Shown one piece after another: positions 8,408-18,559 of a stretch of DNA of 64,000 nucleotides. The translations under genes were made by a program, and so were the position numbers. Below the pieces are notes generated by a model, which saw only the letters and a program-made list of their open reading frames with translations, did not search any database and was not told where the DNA came from. How positions within the stretch are numbered: position 1 is the stretch's first letter; every line of letters starts with the position of its first letter. The stretch is from an uncultured beta proteobacterium (GTDB lineage Bacteria > Pseudomonadota > Gammaproteobacteria > Burkholderiales > SG8-39), in NCBI GenBank assembly GCA_963811085.1, contig CAWEPV010000013.1:987304-1051303 (forward strand), read 5' to 3'.

Positions 8408-10396
8408 TCACACTGGTCGTGTTTGCGCGCTTCGCGCGAACCATGCCAGCAGAATGGCCAGCGCCGCGAGGCTTATGCCGAGCACCGAGAGCTGGAGATG
8501 GCTCAGCCCGAGCTCGCCACCGCCGGGCAGCGCCATCGCCATGCCGCCGGCGAACAGCAGCAGCCGCGCGAATGCGCCGGCAATGTCGTTGCGCAGCGTT
8601 CCTATCCCGATTAGGTAGCCCGCGAGCGCCGAGGCGATCAGGCATATGCCCATCACCGCGGTGGACACCACCACCACGATTTCCCACGGCGTGCCGCGCA
8701 GGATGAGCGCCGGATTGAGGACGAAGAAGAACGGCACGAAATACATGGCGCTTCCCAGGCGCACCGACTGCATGCCGACGTCCATCGGCCGCGCGCGCGC
8801 GATGCCCGCGGCGACGAAGGCGGCCAGCGCCACCGGCGGCGTGATGAACGACACCATGCCCCAGTACATCATGAACAGGTGCACCGCCACCGGGTCGAAA
8901 CCGGCGGCCACCAGCGGCGGCGCGAGCACGATGGCGAGAAAGATGTAGCAGGCGGTGATGGTCATTCCCATGCCGAAGATGAAGCTGGTGAATGCGCCCA
9001 TCACCAGCAGCACGTAGATGTTGTTGCCGGCCAGATACACCAGGTCGTTGGCGAGCGTGCCGGCGAGCCCGGTGACCGAGAGCGCGCCGATGATCAGGCC
9101 GACGCCGGCCAGCAGCGCCGAGAGCTCGCCCAGCGCGCCGCAGATCCCCTCGACGAGGGTGCCGAGCTTGCGCCAGTTCAGCCGATAGCGCTTGGAGAAC
9201 TGATTGATGACCAGCAGCAGCGCGGTGGCGTAAAACGGCGCGATCGCCTCCTGCTGCAGCACGAGCAGCATCCACACCAGCAGCACGAACACGATGAGGT
9301 AATGCCAGCCCTCGGCGAAGGTGCGCCGCACGGAGGGCAGCTCGGCGCGCGGCAGGCCTTTCAGGCCGCGGCGCGCGGCATAGCCGTCGATCTGCACGAA
9401 CAGCGCGAGATAGAACAGCAGCGAGGGTACCAGCGCGGCCAGCGCCACGGTCACGTACGGTACGCCGAGGAACGATGCCATGACGAACGCGGTCGCGCCC
9501 ATGACCGGCGGCATCAGCACGCCTCCGGTCGAGGCGCAAGCCTCCACCCCGCCGGCGAAGGCCGGCGCAAAACCGATGCGCTTCATCGCCGGGATCGTCA
9601 CCACGCCGGTCGTGAGCACGTTCGACACCACGCTTCCGGAGACCGAGCCCATCAGGCCGCTCGCGAAAATCGACACCTTGGCGGGGCCGCCGCGCACCGA
9701 GCCGAACAGCGCGAAGGCGAGGTTGTTGAAGAAATGCGCGGCACCGGTGTACTGCAGCACGGCGCCGAACATGACGAAGCCGATGACCAGTTCGCCGAAT
9801 GCGCGGGTCGGAATGCCGAGCACGCTCTCCGAGCTGGCGAAATGATATGCCGCGGTGGCCGAGAGGTCCTGCGGCAGGCCGGCGATCGGCCCGGGCATGT
9901 GTCCGGCGTACACCGGATAGAGCGAAATCGCGGCAACGAACACGAATACCGCCGTGCCGCCGGCGCGGCGCGTGGCCTCGAGCAGCAGCAGCCAGCCGGC
10001 GTAGGCGACCCAGATCGCCACCCTTGGCGCGGCGAATTCCCAGCCCTCGGTGAGGATGCGGTGCGCGTGCAGGGCGTAATAGGTGAAAACCGCGACGGTG
10101 GCGAAATACAGCGCCGCGTCGTACCACGGCACCCCGTCGCGGCGCGCGCGCTTGGTCGCCGGAACGAGGATGAACACGCAGCCGGTGAGCAGAGCGCACA
10201 GCCAGTACAGGTAGGCGGTGCCGAGCAGCACCTTGCCGACGAAGAACCCGAGATTGAGAAGCTGATTGAGGGCGAGAAGAATCGACGCCACGGTTACGAC
10301 GATTAACAGCGCGCGCCATGCGTGCGGCAGCTTACGGTAGCGCTGCTCGACCGCCGCCTCCGGCGCCTCGCCGGCGCCGTTCGTCGTGCCGCTCAA
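8408..10396 (-). CDS. TRAP transporter fused 4TM/12TM permease (TAXI-type system)
   Basis: 662-aa polytopic protein with DctQ-like and DctM-like halves fused, lying immediately downstream of a TAXI receptor gene. Confidence 0.85.
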   Translation of the reverse strand: MSGTTNGAGEAPEAAVEQRYRKLPHAWRALLIVVTVASILLALNQLLNLGFFVGKVLLGTAYLYWLCALLTGCVFILVPATKRARRDGVPWYDAALYFATVAVFTYYALHAHRILTEGWEFAAPRVAIWVAYAGWLLLLEATRRAGGTAVFVFVAAISLYPVYAGHMPGPIAGLPQDLSATAAYHFASSESVLGIPTRAFGELVIGFVMFGAVLQYTGAAHFFNNLAFALFGSVRGGPAKVSIFASGLMGSVSGSVVSNVLTTGVVTIPAMKRIGFAPAFAGGVEACASTGGVLMPPVMGATAFVMASFLGVPYVTVALAALVPSLLFYLALFVQIDGYAARRGLKGLPRAELPSVRRTFAEGWHYLIVFVLLVWMLLVLQQEAIAPFYATALLLVINQFSKRYRLNWRKLGTLVEGICGALGELSALLAGVGLIIGALSVTGLAGTLANDLVYLAGNNIYVLLVMGAFTSFIFGMGMTITACYIFLAIVLAPPLVAAGFDPVAVHLFMMYWGMVSFITPPVALAAFVAAGIARARPMDVGMQSVRLGSAMYFVPFFFVLNPALILRGTPWEIVVVVSTAVMGICLIASALAGYLIGIGTLRNDIAGAFARLLLFAGGMAMALPGGGELGLSHLQLSVLGISLAALAILLAWFARSAQTRPV

Positions 10397-10463
10397 CGCT
10401 CGCGCCTCGCAGCAGCGCCTCCGCGCGCAGCGCCGGCTGCCGCCGCGCGCGGAACCGGGGTCA

Positions 10464-11627
10464 TCACCAGCTGGTGACGACCGGCAGCATTCCGGCCTTG
10501 GTGAGCGCGTCCGCGCGCGCCTTCATCCAGGCCTGCTCAAAGGCCTTGTCATCGGCGTAGTTGCCCTTGTTGACGCCTGCCCACGCGGCTGCGAGCACCT
10601 TCTGGCGCCTGATCAGCATGTCGTTGTGCGCCTGATGCGCGGGTGTCCACTTACCGGCCTCCTTCCAGTACCTGATCGCGCCTTCATGGTAGGGCACGAC
10701 CCACTCGAAGTTCTGCCGATCGGCCGCCCAGCCGCTGGCGCCGGGCGCGGAATCCTTGTACAGGTCGAAGGTCTCGACCATCGCCTTGGTCATGTTGTAC
10801 ACCAGGTTCGCGTCCTGGCTGGCATAGGTCATGAGGATCGGATAGGGATAGGTGGAGGACTCGGCGGGATGGTCCGTGGACAGGTTGGCGCCTGCGGTGC
10901 CCATGGCCGGATTGATGAAGGGCGCGATCGCATGAACGCGCTTCCAGCCCTCCTTGTCCGCATGCGAGGCCACCGGGTACACGAGACCCCGCGGTGACTT
11001 CGCGATCTCGTAGGCGCGGCCCGAAACGGACGAACTCCACGCCGCGTCGACCTGGTTGTTGACGATCCCCTGCATCGCGCCGGCGAAGCCGCCGAACTCG
11101 ACCTTCTTCACGTCGTTCCAGGTGAGGTTGGCGAAAGCGAGCATCGCTGTGATGTTCTGGTTCAGCGACGGCGCGCCGATCACCCAGGCGACCCGCTTTC
11201 CTTTCAGGTCGGCGATCGTCTTAATGCCCTGGTCCCCGGCGGCGAGGATGGCCAGAAGCTGGTCCGAGGTGTTCAGCATCAGGCCGCGAACCGGCTGCGG
11301 ACCCCATTCCTTGGCACCGAAGTCGTACGCGCCCTCCTGCGCCCAATAGCCCCCCCCGACCCCGTTGGCCGAGAACTGCACCTGACCATTGCGCAGCGGC
11401 AGGTTGCGCGAGACGTCGTTCTTGCCCGGCAGCACGCGCAGACTGACGTTGTATTTCTGCTTCAAGGCGTTGCCGATCCCGACCGACTGGTTGTAGCCGG
11501 CGGAACCGACTCCGTAGGCGGTCCAGGCGAGCGTTGCAGGCAGCTTCACCTCGGCGATTGCCGCGCCCGTGAACAGTGTGCTGGCGGCGAGTGCGAGCAC
11601 GCACGCCGCATTCGGCTTGAGACTCAT
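10464..11627 (-). CDS. TAXI-family TRAP transporter solute-binding receptor
   Basis: 387 aa with a signal peptide and a periplasmic binding-protein fold (TIGR02122-like), adjacent to the fused permease. Confidence 0.85.
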   Translation of the reverse strand: MSLKPNAACVLALAASTLFTGAAIAEVKLPATLAWTAYGVGSAGYNQSVGIGNALKQKYNVSLRVLPGKNDVSRNLPLRNGQVQFSANGVGGGYWAQEGAYDFGAKEWGPQPVRGLMLNTSDQLLAILAAGDQGIKTIADLKGKRVAWVIGAPSLNQNITAMLAFANLTWNDVKKVEFGGFAGAMQGIVNNQVDAAWSSSVSGRAYEIAKSPRGLVYPVASHADKEGWKRVHAIAPFINPAMGTAGANLSTDHPAESSTYPYPILMTYASQDANLVYNMTKAMVETFDLYKDSAPGASGWAADRQNFEWVVPYHEGAIRYWKEAGKWTPAHQAHNDMLIRRQKVLAAAWAGVNKGNYADDKAFEQAWMKARADALTKAGMLPVVTSW

Positions 11628-11711
11628 GGCGACTCCTCCCTCTGGATGGTGGGAAAATCATATATCTGATCTGACGGTAGTGTCAGCATGAGTTCGCGGT
11701 CAGATTAGAAT

Positions 11712-12302
11712 GTGATGATGAAAGACAATCCGATCAGCCGTTTTCCCGTCCCGGAACTTGCCCAGATGCCCGAGGACATCCGGGCCCGCATCCTGGAGGT
11801 GCAGCAGAAATCCGGCTTCGTGCCGAACGTGTTCCTCGCGCTGGCGCACCGGCCGGACGAGTTCCGCGCCTTTTTCGCCTACCACGACGCGCTGATGGAA
11901 AAGGAGGGGGGGCTCAGCAAGGCCGAGCGCGAGATGGTCGTGGTCGCCACCTCGGGCGCGAACCAGTGCCAGTACTGCGTGGTGGCGCACGGCGCGATAC
12001 TCAGGATTCGGGCCAAGAACCCGCTCGTCGCAGACCAGGTGGCGATCAACTACCGCAAGGCCGACATTACGCCGCGCCAGCGCGCGATGCTCGATTTCGC
12101 GCTCAAGGTAGCGCTCGAGGCCCAAGCGGTCGGCGAGCCGGACTTCGAGGCCCTGCGCGCGCACGGCTTCTCGGACGAGGACATCTGGGACATCGGCGCG
12201 ATCGCGGCCTTCTTCGCGCTTTCGAACCGCATGGCGAACCTGACCGACATGCGGCCGAACGACGAGTTCTACCTCCTCGGGCGCGTGCCTAAGAACAAGT
12301 AG
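11712..12302 (+). CDS. AhpD-like/carboxymuconolactone decarboxylase-family peroxidase-related protein
   Basis: 196 aa with the CxxC/H redox motif ANQCQYCVVAHG typical of the AhpD-core family. GTG start. Confidence 0.75.
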   Translation: MMMKDNPISRFPVPELAQMPEDIRARILEVQQKSGFVPNVFLALAHRPDEFRAFFAYHDALMEKEGGLSKAEREMVVVATSGANQCQYCVVAHGAILRIRAKNPLVADQVAINYRKADITPRQRAMLDFALKVALEAQAVGEPDFEALRAHGFSDEDIWDIGAIAAFFALSNRMANLTDMRPNDEFYLLGRVPKNK

Positions 12303-12309
12303 CCGCTTC

Positions 12310-13719
12310 TCAGGCCGCTAGCGGCGGGCGGCGCTTCCAGACCTGCGTTTCCTGCTCGAAGGCGTGTGCGAGTTGCAGCACGCCGAAGTCGTCGCGGTAG
12401 CGCCCGACGATCTGCAGGCCGACCGGCAGCGCCGGCTCATCGCCGGTGAACCCCGCCGGCACCGAGATCGCGGGGTGGCTGGTGACGGTGATGTACCAGC
12501 AGGTCTTCATCCAGTCGATGTAGCTGGCGAGCTTCACGCCGTTGATCGTGTCGACGTAGGGCTGCGATGCCGGGAAGGGTGGCACCTGGTTCACGGGCAG
12601 CAGCAGGAACTCGTAGCGCTGCATGAATTCGCGCATGCGCCGGTAGAGGTCCGATCGCAGCGCCATAGCGCGAGCGATTCGCGGGCCGTCGAGCTTGAGC
12701 CCTTGCTCGATGTTCCAGATCACGGTGTCCTTCATCTTGCCGCGGTGTTTTTCCAGCAACGGGGCGTACTTCTGTACGAATCCGAGCGCGCGCGCCACGT
12801 GGAATGCCTCGTCGGCGCCCGCGAGGTCAGGCTCGGCTTGCTCGACGATGCAGCCAAGCGACTCGAACGCCTTGCGCTGCGCTTCGAGGACCTTCGTCAC
12901 TCGCGGGTCCACCGGCAGGCCGCCGAGGTCCTTCGACCAGGCGACGCGCACCTTGCGAAAGTCGCGCGCGAGCGGCCGCGCGAACGCCGCGCCCGGCTCC
13001 GTGATGCTGATCGGGGAACGGATGTCAGGACCGGACATCGCGGAGAAGAGGAACGCGACGTCCTCGACCGTGCGCGCGATCGGGCCGAGCACCGGCAGCG
13101 TTCCCCAGGCATCGGCGGCGGGATAATTCGGCGTGCGTCCCGGCGTGGGCCGAAAGCCGACCACATTGCAGAAGTTGCCCGGGTTCCTGAGCGAGCCGCC
13201 GAGGTCCGAGCCGTCGGCGAATGGCAGCATGCCGCAGGCGACCGCCGTTGCCGCGCCGCCCGAGGAACCGCCGCAGGTCTTGTCGAGGTCGTAGGGGTTG
13301 AGCGTCGCGCCGAAGACGGGGTTGAAGGTCTGGCTGCCGGCGCCGAACTCGGGCGTGTTGGTCTTGCCCAGCGTGATCGCGCCCGCGGCCTTGAGCCGCT
13401 CGACCAGCACGTGGTCCTCGGTCGGCACGTTGTCGGCGTAAATCGGCGAGCCGAAGGTGGTGCGGATTCCCTGGGTGACGACCAGGTCTTTGTAGGCGAT
13501 CGGCAGCCCCGCGAGCGGGCCCGGGCGGGTGCTCCTGCGGTCCAGGGCGCGGGCCTGCTTGAGCGCCTGCTCGGGCAGGAAGGTGACGATTGCGTTCATC
13601 TTTGGGTTCACGCGCTCGATCTGGGCAATGTAGGCCTTCATCACCTCGAGCGCGGAGAGCTTGCGGCTGCGGATCAGGCGCGCGAGCTTCTTCGCCGGCT
13701 GGAACACGATGTCGTTCAT
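12310..13719 (-). CDS. Amidase (amidase-signature family)
   Basis: 469 aa with the GGSSGGAATAVA amidase-signature Gly/Ser-rich motif. Confidence 0.85.
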   Translation of the reverse strand: MNDIVFQPAKKLARLIRSRKLSALEVMKAYIAQIERVNPKMNAIVTFLPEQALKQARALDRRSTRPGPLAGLPIAYKDLVVTQGIRTTFGSPIYADNVPTEDHVLVERLKAAGAITLGKTNTPEFGAGSQTFNPVFGATLNPYDLDKTCGGSSGGAATAVACGMLPFADGSDLGGSLRNPGNFCNVVGFRPTPGRTPNYPAADAWGTLPVLGPIARTVEDVAFLFSAMSGPDIRSPISITEPGAAFARPLARDFRKVRVAWSKDLGGLPVDPRVTKVLEAQRKAFESLGCIVEQAEPDLAGADEAFHVARALGFVQKYAPLLEKHRGKMKDTVIWNIEQGLKLDGPRIARAMALRSDLYRRMREFMQRYEFLLLPVNQVPPFPASQPYVDTINGVKLASYIDWMKTCWYITVTSHPAISVPAGFTGDEPALPVGLQIVGRYRDDFGVLQLAHAFEQETQVWKRRPPLAA

Positions 13720-13726
13720 TGGCTCC

Positions 13727-15196
13727 TCACATCAACACGATGTCGAACTGCTCTTGGGTGTAGCTCGTTTCCAGCTGCATCGAGATCGGCTTGCCGATGA
13801 AGTCCGACAGCATCGCCAGCGACGCCGATTCGTCCTCGAGGAACAGGTCGCTCACCTTCTGCGAGGCGAGGATGCGGTATTCGCGCGCGTTGAAGGCGCG
13901 CGCCTCGCGCAGGATCTCGCGCAGGATCTCGTAGCACACGGTGCGCGCGGTCCTGACCTCGCCGCGCCCGCTGCAGGTCGGGCAGGGCTCGCACAGCACG
14001 TGGGCGAGCGACTCGCGGGTTCTCTTGCGCGTCATTTCCACCAGGCCCAGGGCGGTGAAGCCGTTCACCGTCATCCTGGTGCGGTCGCGTGCGAGCGCCT
14101 TGTTGAACTCCTCCAGCACGGCCGCGCGGTGCTCCTCGCTTTCCATGTCGATGAAGTCGATGACGATGATGCCGCCCAGGTTGCGCAGCCGCAGCTGGCG
14201 CGCGATCGTCTGCGCCGCCTCGAGGTTGGTCTTGAAGATGGTGTCGTCGAAGTTGCGCTGTCCGACGAAGCCGCCGGTGTTGACGTCGATCGTGGTCATC
14301 GCCTCGGTCTGGTCGATGATCAGATAGCCGCCGGACTTGAGCTCGACGCGGCGCGAGAGCGCCTTTTCGATCTCGGGCTCGACGTTGTGCAGATCGAACA
14401 GCGGCCGCGCGCCCGTGTAGTGCTCCAGCTTGCCGCGCAGCTTGGGCATGTAGGACTCGGCGAAGGCGGCCAGCTTCTGGAAGTTCTCGCGCGAATCGAC
14501 CACCAGGCGCTCGGTAGCCTCGGAGGCCATGTCGCGCAGCACGCGCTGCGCGAGCGACAGGTCCTGGTACAGCAGCTGCGGCGGCTGCGCGCCGAGCGAG
14601 CGCTGGCGCAGGTCGCGCCACAGGTGGCGCAGGTAGTCGATGTCGGCGGACAGTTCGCCCGCGTCGGCGGCCTCGGCCAGGGTGCGGATGATGAAGCCGC
14701 CCTTCTCGTCCGGCGGCAGCAACTCCCTGACCTTGTCGCGCAGCAGCTGGCGGCCGTTCTCGCTTTCGATGCGCTGCGAGATGCCGATGTGCGGGTCCTG
14801 CGGCAGATACACCAGCATGCGTCCGGCGATCGAGATCTGGGTGGTGAGCCGCGCGCCCTTGGTGCCGATCGGGTCCTTCGCCACCTGCACCAGCAGCGGC
14901 TGGCCTTCCGAGAGGATCTGCTCGATCGCCTTGCCGGGCTCCGCGCCCTCGGCGCCGGGCTGCCGGCGATGCTCGAAGATGTCCGCCACGTGCAGGAACG
15001 CCGCGCGCTCCAGCCCGATTTCGATGAACGCGGATTGCATCCCCGGCAGCACCCGCGCGACACGCCCCATGTAGATGTTTCCGACCAGGCCGCGGCTTGC
15101 GGTGCGCTCGATGAGAAGCTCCTGCACCACGCCCGCGTCGAGCACCGCGACGCGCGTCTCCTGCGGCGTGATGTTAATAAGGACTTCTTCGCTCAC
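13727..15196 (-). CDS. rng: Ribonuclease G
   Basis: S1 domain plus RNase E/G catalytic core (DVNTGGFVG..., ESLAHVLCEPCPTCSGRG zinc-link-like motif). Likely GTG start at 15196 (VSEEVLINITPQETRVAVLD); the longer listed ORF is an upstream artefact. Confidence 0.85.
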   Translation of the reverse strand: MSEEVLINITPQETRVAVLDAGVVQELLIERTASRGLVGNIYMGRVARVLPGMQSAFIEIGLERAAFLHVADIFEHRRQPGAEGAEPGKAIEQILSEGQPLLVQVAKDPIGTKGARLTTQISIAGRMLVYLPQDPHIGISQRIESENGRQLLRDKVRELLPPDEKGGFIIRTLAEAADAGELSADIDYLRHLWRDLRQRSLGAQPPQLLYQDLSLAQRVLRDMASEATERLVVDSRENFQKLAAFAESYMPKLRGKLEHYTGARPLFDLHNVEPEIEKALSRRVELKSGGYLIIDQTEAMTTIDVNTGGFVGQRNFDDTIFKTNLEAAQTIARQLRLRNLGGIIVIDFIDMESEEHRAAVLEEFNKALARDRTRMTVNGFTALGLVEMTRKRTRESLAHVLCEPCPTCSGRGEVRTARTVCYEILREILREARAFNAREYRILASQKVSDLFLEDESASLAMLSDFIGKPISMQLETSYTQEQFDIVLM

Positions 15197-15809
15197 GCGT
15201 CGCACCCATTCGCTCGATCGCCTGCGCCGTCTCGTAAAGCGGCAACCCCACGACCCCGGAATAGCTGCCGCGGATGGCGACGATGAACTGCGCGGCACGG
15301 CCCTGGATCGCGTACGCGCCGGCCTTGTCGTCGGCCTCGCCGGTGGCGACGTACTGGCGGATCTCGTCTTCGTCGAGGGCGCGAAACTGCACCACGGTGC
15401 GCGAGAGCACGGCCTCGATGCGCTCGTCGTACTTCAGCACTACCGCGCTAAGCACTTCGTGCTCCCGGTCCGACAGCTCGGCCAGCATGCGCGCGGCTTC
15501 GGCCCGGTCGGCGGGCTTGCTTAAAATGCGCCCTTCGAGAGAGACGGTGGTGTCCGCGGCGAGCACGGGAGCGCGCGGCAGGTTGCGCTGCATGAGTCGC
15601 TTCCAGCCCATTTCGGCCTTCGCCAAGGCGACGCGCTCGACGTAGGCGCGCGGCGACTCGCCTTCGAGCACCTCTTCGCTTACCTCGTCGCCGTCGGAGC
15701 GCGCGCGGAACATGAGCAGGTGGAAGCGAACGCCGATCTGCGCCAGCAGCTCGCGCCGGCGCGGGCTGCGTGAAGCGAGGTACAGGCTGCGGTCGAGCGA
15801 AGCGAGCAC
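15174..15809 (-). CDS. maf: Maf-like nucleoside triphosphate pyrophosphatase
   Basis: 211 aa beginning LYLASRSPRRRELLAQIG (Maf signature). It overlaps rng in the conserved maf-rng arrangement. Confidence 0.8.
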   Translation of the reverse strand: MLASLDRSLYLASRSPRRRELLAQIGVRFHLLMFRARSDGDEVSEEVLEGESPRAYVERVALAKAEMGWKRLMQRNLPRAPVLAADTTVSLEGRILSKPADRAEAARMLAELSDREHEVLSAVVLKYDERIEAVLSRTVVQFRALDEDEIRQYVATGEADDKAGAYAIQGRAAQFIVAIRGSYSGVVGLPLYETAQAIERMGATRERRSPY

Positions 15810-15860
15810 GGCGGTACCGTCCGGAGGGGGCCCGCGAAGTGTAGCAGAGCGCGGCGCCGG

Positions 15861-16334
15861 CTATGCCCGGTGGTAGGGATGCCCGCCGAGCAGGGAGGCG
15901 GCGCGATAGAGCTGCTCGCACAGCACCACCTGGGCCAGCGCATGCGGCAGGGTAAAGGCCGACAGGCGCAACTCGAGCGCGGCCTCGCGCCTGAGGGCGG
16001 GGTCGAGTCCGTCCGGCCCACCGATCGCGAATGCTGTGGGTGGGCCGTCGTCGAGCCAGCGTCGCAATTGCGCCGCGAATTGCGCGGTGCTCAGCTCACG
16101 TCCACGTTCGTCGAGCGCCACCAGCCGCACGCCGCGCGGCAGCCGCTCGCGGATGCGCGCGGCCTCCAGCGCCAGCAGCCGCTCGAGCGGCTTGCCCGAG
16201 CTGCGCGGCTCGGGCCTGACCGTTTCGAGAGCGGTCTCGAAGCCGCGCGGCAGGCGCTTGAGGTATTCGGCGCAGGCCGCCTGCGCCCAGGCCGGCGCCT
16301 TAGCGGCTACCGCGACGATGAGCAGTCTTGCCAC
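15861..16334 (-). CDS. rlmH: 23S rRNA (pseudouridine1915-N3)-methyltransferase RlmH
   Basis: 157 aa SPOUT-fold protein in the conserved rlmH-rsfS-nadD context. Confidence 0.85.
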   Translation of the reverse strand: MARLLIVAVAAKAPAWAQAACAEYLKRLPRGFETALETVRPEPRSSGKPLERLLALEAARIRERLPRGVRLVALDERGRELSTAQFAAQLRRWLDDGPPTAFAIGGPDGLDPALRREAALELRLSAFTLPHALAQVVLCEQLYRAASLLGGHPYHRA

Positions 16335-16692
16335 GCGCGCGCCCGGCTGCGGCCTGCTTGAGCCGCACCGCCTTTCCGCCCCAGATCTCCTCCAGGTTGT
16401 AGTAGCTGCGCACCGCCGGGTGCATCAGGTGCACCACGACGTCGCCCAGATCGACCAGCACCCATTCGGCGTTGTCTTCGCCCTCGACGCCGTAGACGCG
16501 GCCGCCCAGCTCGCGGATCTTGTCCTGCACGTGGTCGGCGAGCGCCTTGACCTGGCGCGTCGAGTCGCCGCTGGCGATGACCACGCGCTCGAACATGGAC
16601 GGCAGTCGCGCGGTGTTGAACACCACAACGTCGCGCGCCTTGATGTCTTCCAATGCGTCTACCACGGCGCGCTGCTTCTTTCGGATGTCCAT
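16300..16692 (-). CDS. rsfS: Ribosome silencing factor RsfS (iojap)
   Basis: Internal Met of ORF 16300..17172; [44 protein letters not shown] is a typical RsfS start. ATGA overlap with the nadD stop. Confidence 0.8.
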   Translation of the reverse strand: MDIRKKQRAVVDALEDIKARDVVVFNTARLPSMFERVVIASGDSTRQVKALADHVQDKIRELGGRVYGVEGEDNAEWVLVDLGDVVVHLMHPAVRSYYNLEEIWGGKAVRLKQAAAGRARGKTAHRRGSR

Positions 16693-17279
16693 CAGCGATA
16701 GAGTCGATGCGTTGAGATGTAGTCGAGTACGGGGGGCGGCAGCATACCTGATACGTCCTCGCCGCGTGCGATGCGGGCGCGGATGTCGGTCGAGGAGATG
16801 TCCAGCGGCGCCATCTCGACGCGCAGCACCGGTCCGGCGGCGCGCACCTCGGCGCCCGCTTCCGGCGCCCAGCCGGGGCGGGCGACCACCGCGATGCGCG
16901 CCAGGTCGAACAGCTCGCGCCAGCGGTGCCAGCCGGCGAGCTTCTCGTACTGGTCGCTTCCCATTAGCAGTATCAGCGGCGCCTTGGGCCCCAGCTCGGA
17001 TTGCAGCGCGGCGAGCGTGTCCACCGTATAGCCGGAGGCCGGCGGCGCGAGCTCGCGCGGGTCGATCTCGCAGCGCGGCTCGCCCGCGAGGGCCAGTTCG
17101 AGCATCGCAAGTCGGTCCCCGGCCGAGGCAACCGGCGCGGGGCGGTAGCGCGGCGTGCCGGTCGGGATCCATAGCAGGCGCGCGAGGCCGAGCGCGTCGA
17201 GCGCCAGCCGCGCGATGCGCAGGTGGGCGTTGTGGACCGGGTCGAAGGTGCCGCCGAAGATGCCGATCGGCGCTGTCAC
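16692..17279 (-). CDS. nadD: Nicotinate-nucleotide adenylyltransferase
   Basis: GTG start at 17279 gives [19 protein letters not shown], the (H/T)xGH nucleotidyltransferase motif. The listed 384-aa ORF is a 5' over-extension. Confidence 0.85.
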   Translation of the reverse strand: MTAPIGIFGGTFDPVHNAHLRIARLALDALGLARLLWIPTGTPRYRPAPVASAGDRLAMLELALAGEPRCEIDPRELAPPASGYTVDTLAALQSELGPKAPLILLMGSDQYEKLAGWHRWRELFDLARIAVVARPGWAPEAGAEVRAAGPVLRVEMAPLDISSTDIRARIARGEDVSGMLPPPVLDYISTHRLYR

Positions 17280-18559
17280 TGACGCACTTCGCCGTGCCCC
17301 ATTACGACGAACTTCCGGGTGGTAAGGCCCTCCAGCCCGACCGGGCCGCGGGCGTGCAGCTTGTCGGTGGAAATGCCGATTTCGGCGCCGAGGCCGAACT
17401 CGTAGCCGTCGGCGAAGCGGGTCGACGCGTTCACCATGACCGAGCTCGAATCGACTTCGCGCAGGAAGCGCTCGGCGCGCGCGCGGTCGTCCGTGACGAT
17501 CGCGTCGGTGTGCTGCGAGCCGTACTTGGCGATGTGCGCCATGGCCTGGTCGATGTCGCGCACCACCCGGATCGACGCAATCGGCGCGAGCCACTCGGTG
17601 AAGTAGTCCTGCTCGGTGGCGGGCTTGGCGTCCGGCACCAGGCGGCGGGTGGCCTCGTCGCCGCGCATCTCGACCGACTTGGCGCGGAAAATCTCGCCGA
17701 TGCGCGGCAGGACTTTCGGCGCGATGCCTTCGGCCACCAGCAGGGTCTCCATGGTGTTGCAGGTGCCGTAGCGCTGGGTCTTGGCGTTGTCGACGATGCG
17801 CACGGCCATGTCCGGGTCGGCGCGGTCGTCGACGTAGACGTGGCACACGCCGTCAAGGTGCTTGATCATCGGCACGCGCGATTCGCGCGTCAGGCGCGCG
17901 ATCAGCTCCTTGCCGCCGCGCGGCACGATGATGTCGACGTATTCGGTCATCGTGATCAGCTCGCCGACCGCGGCGCGATCGGCGATCCGCACCACCTGCA
18001 CCGCGGCCTCCGGCAGCCCGGCGGACTTCAGGCCCGCCCGCACGCAGGCGGCGATCGCCTGGTTGGAATGCAGCGCCTCCGATCCGCCGCGCAGGATGCA
18101 GGCATTGCCCGCCTTGACGCACAGCGCGGCCGCGTCGGCGGTGACGTTCGGGCGCGACTCGTAGATGATGCCGATCACGCCCAGCGGAACGCGCATGCGT
18201 CCGACCTGGATTCCGCTCGGGCGCGTCACCAGGTCGCTGATCTCGCCCACCGGGTCGGGCAGCGCCGCGACCTGCTCGATCCCCTCGGCCATCTGCTCGA
18301 CCGAGGCCCGAGTCAGGGTCAGGCGGTCGACGAAGGCCGCGTCGCAGCCGTCGCGCTGCGCCTGGTCGGCGTCGGCCCGGTTGGCTTCGAGCAGGCTCGC
18401 CGCGCCGCCGCGGATCTCCGCCGCCATGGCGAGCAGCGCCCGGTTCTTGGTCTCGGTCGCGGCCCGCGCGAGCTCGCGCGAGGCGCCGCGCGCGGCCCGC
18501 CCGAGCTCCTGCACGTATTGGTGGACGTCTACCGTCCTGCCGTCAAGCTTCTGATCCAT
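17276..18559 (-). CDS. proA: Gamma-glutamyl phosphate reductase
   Basis: 427 aa aldehyde-dehydrogenase-fold ProA with C-terminal HTDAIVT...[25 protein letters not shown]. Confidence 0.9.
   Translation of the reverse strand: MDQKLDGRTVDVHQYVQELGRAARGASRELARAATETKNRALLAMAAEIRGGAASLLEANRADADQAQRDGCDAAFVDRLTLTRASVEQMAEGIEQVAALPDPVGEISDLVTRPSGIQVGRMRVPLGVIGIIYESRPNVTADAAALCVKAGNACILRGGSEALHSNQAIAACVRAGLKSAGLPEAAVQVVRIADRAAVGELITMTEYVDIIVPRGGKELIARLTRESRVPMIKHLDGVCHVYVDDRADPDMAVRIVDNAKTQRYGTCNTMETLLVAEGIAPKVLPRIGEIFRAKSVEMRGDEATRRLVPDAKPATEQDYFTEWLAPIASIRVVRDIDQAMAHIAKYGSQHTDAIVTDDRARAERFLREVDSSSVMVNASTRFADGYEFGLGAEIGISTDKLHARGPVGLEGLTTRKFVVMGHGEVRQ

Noticed and set aside
8879-10306. 475-aa plus-strand ORF and other long ORFs opposite the TRAP permease (8029..8706, 8064..8618)
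   Set aside because: His/Arg/Gly-rich composition typical of antisense translation of a G+C-rich membrane-protein gene.
13661-15286. 541-aa plus-strand ORF opposite rng, and 13716..14621 / 14320..15063 minus-frame ORFs
   Set aside because: They are out of frame or antisense to RNase G, which is supported by conserved motifs. Their compositions are Arg/Ala-dominated.
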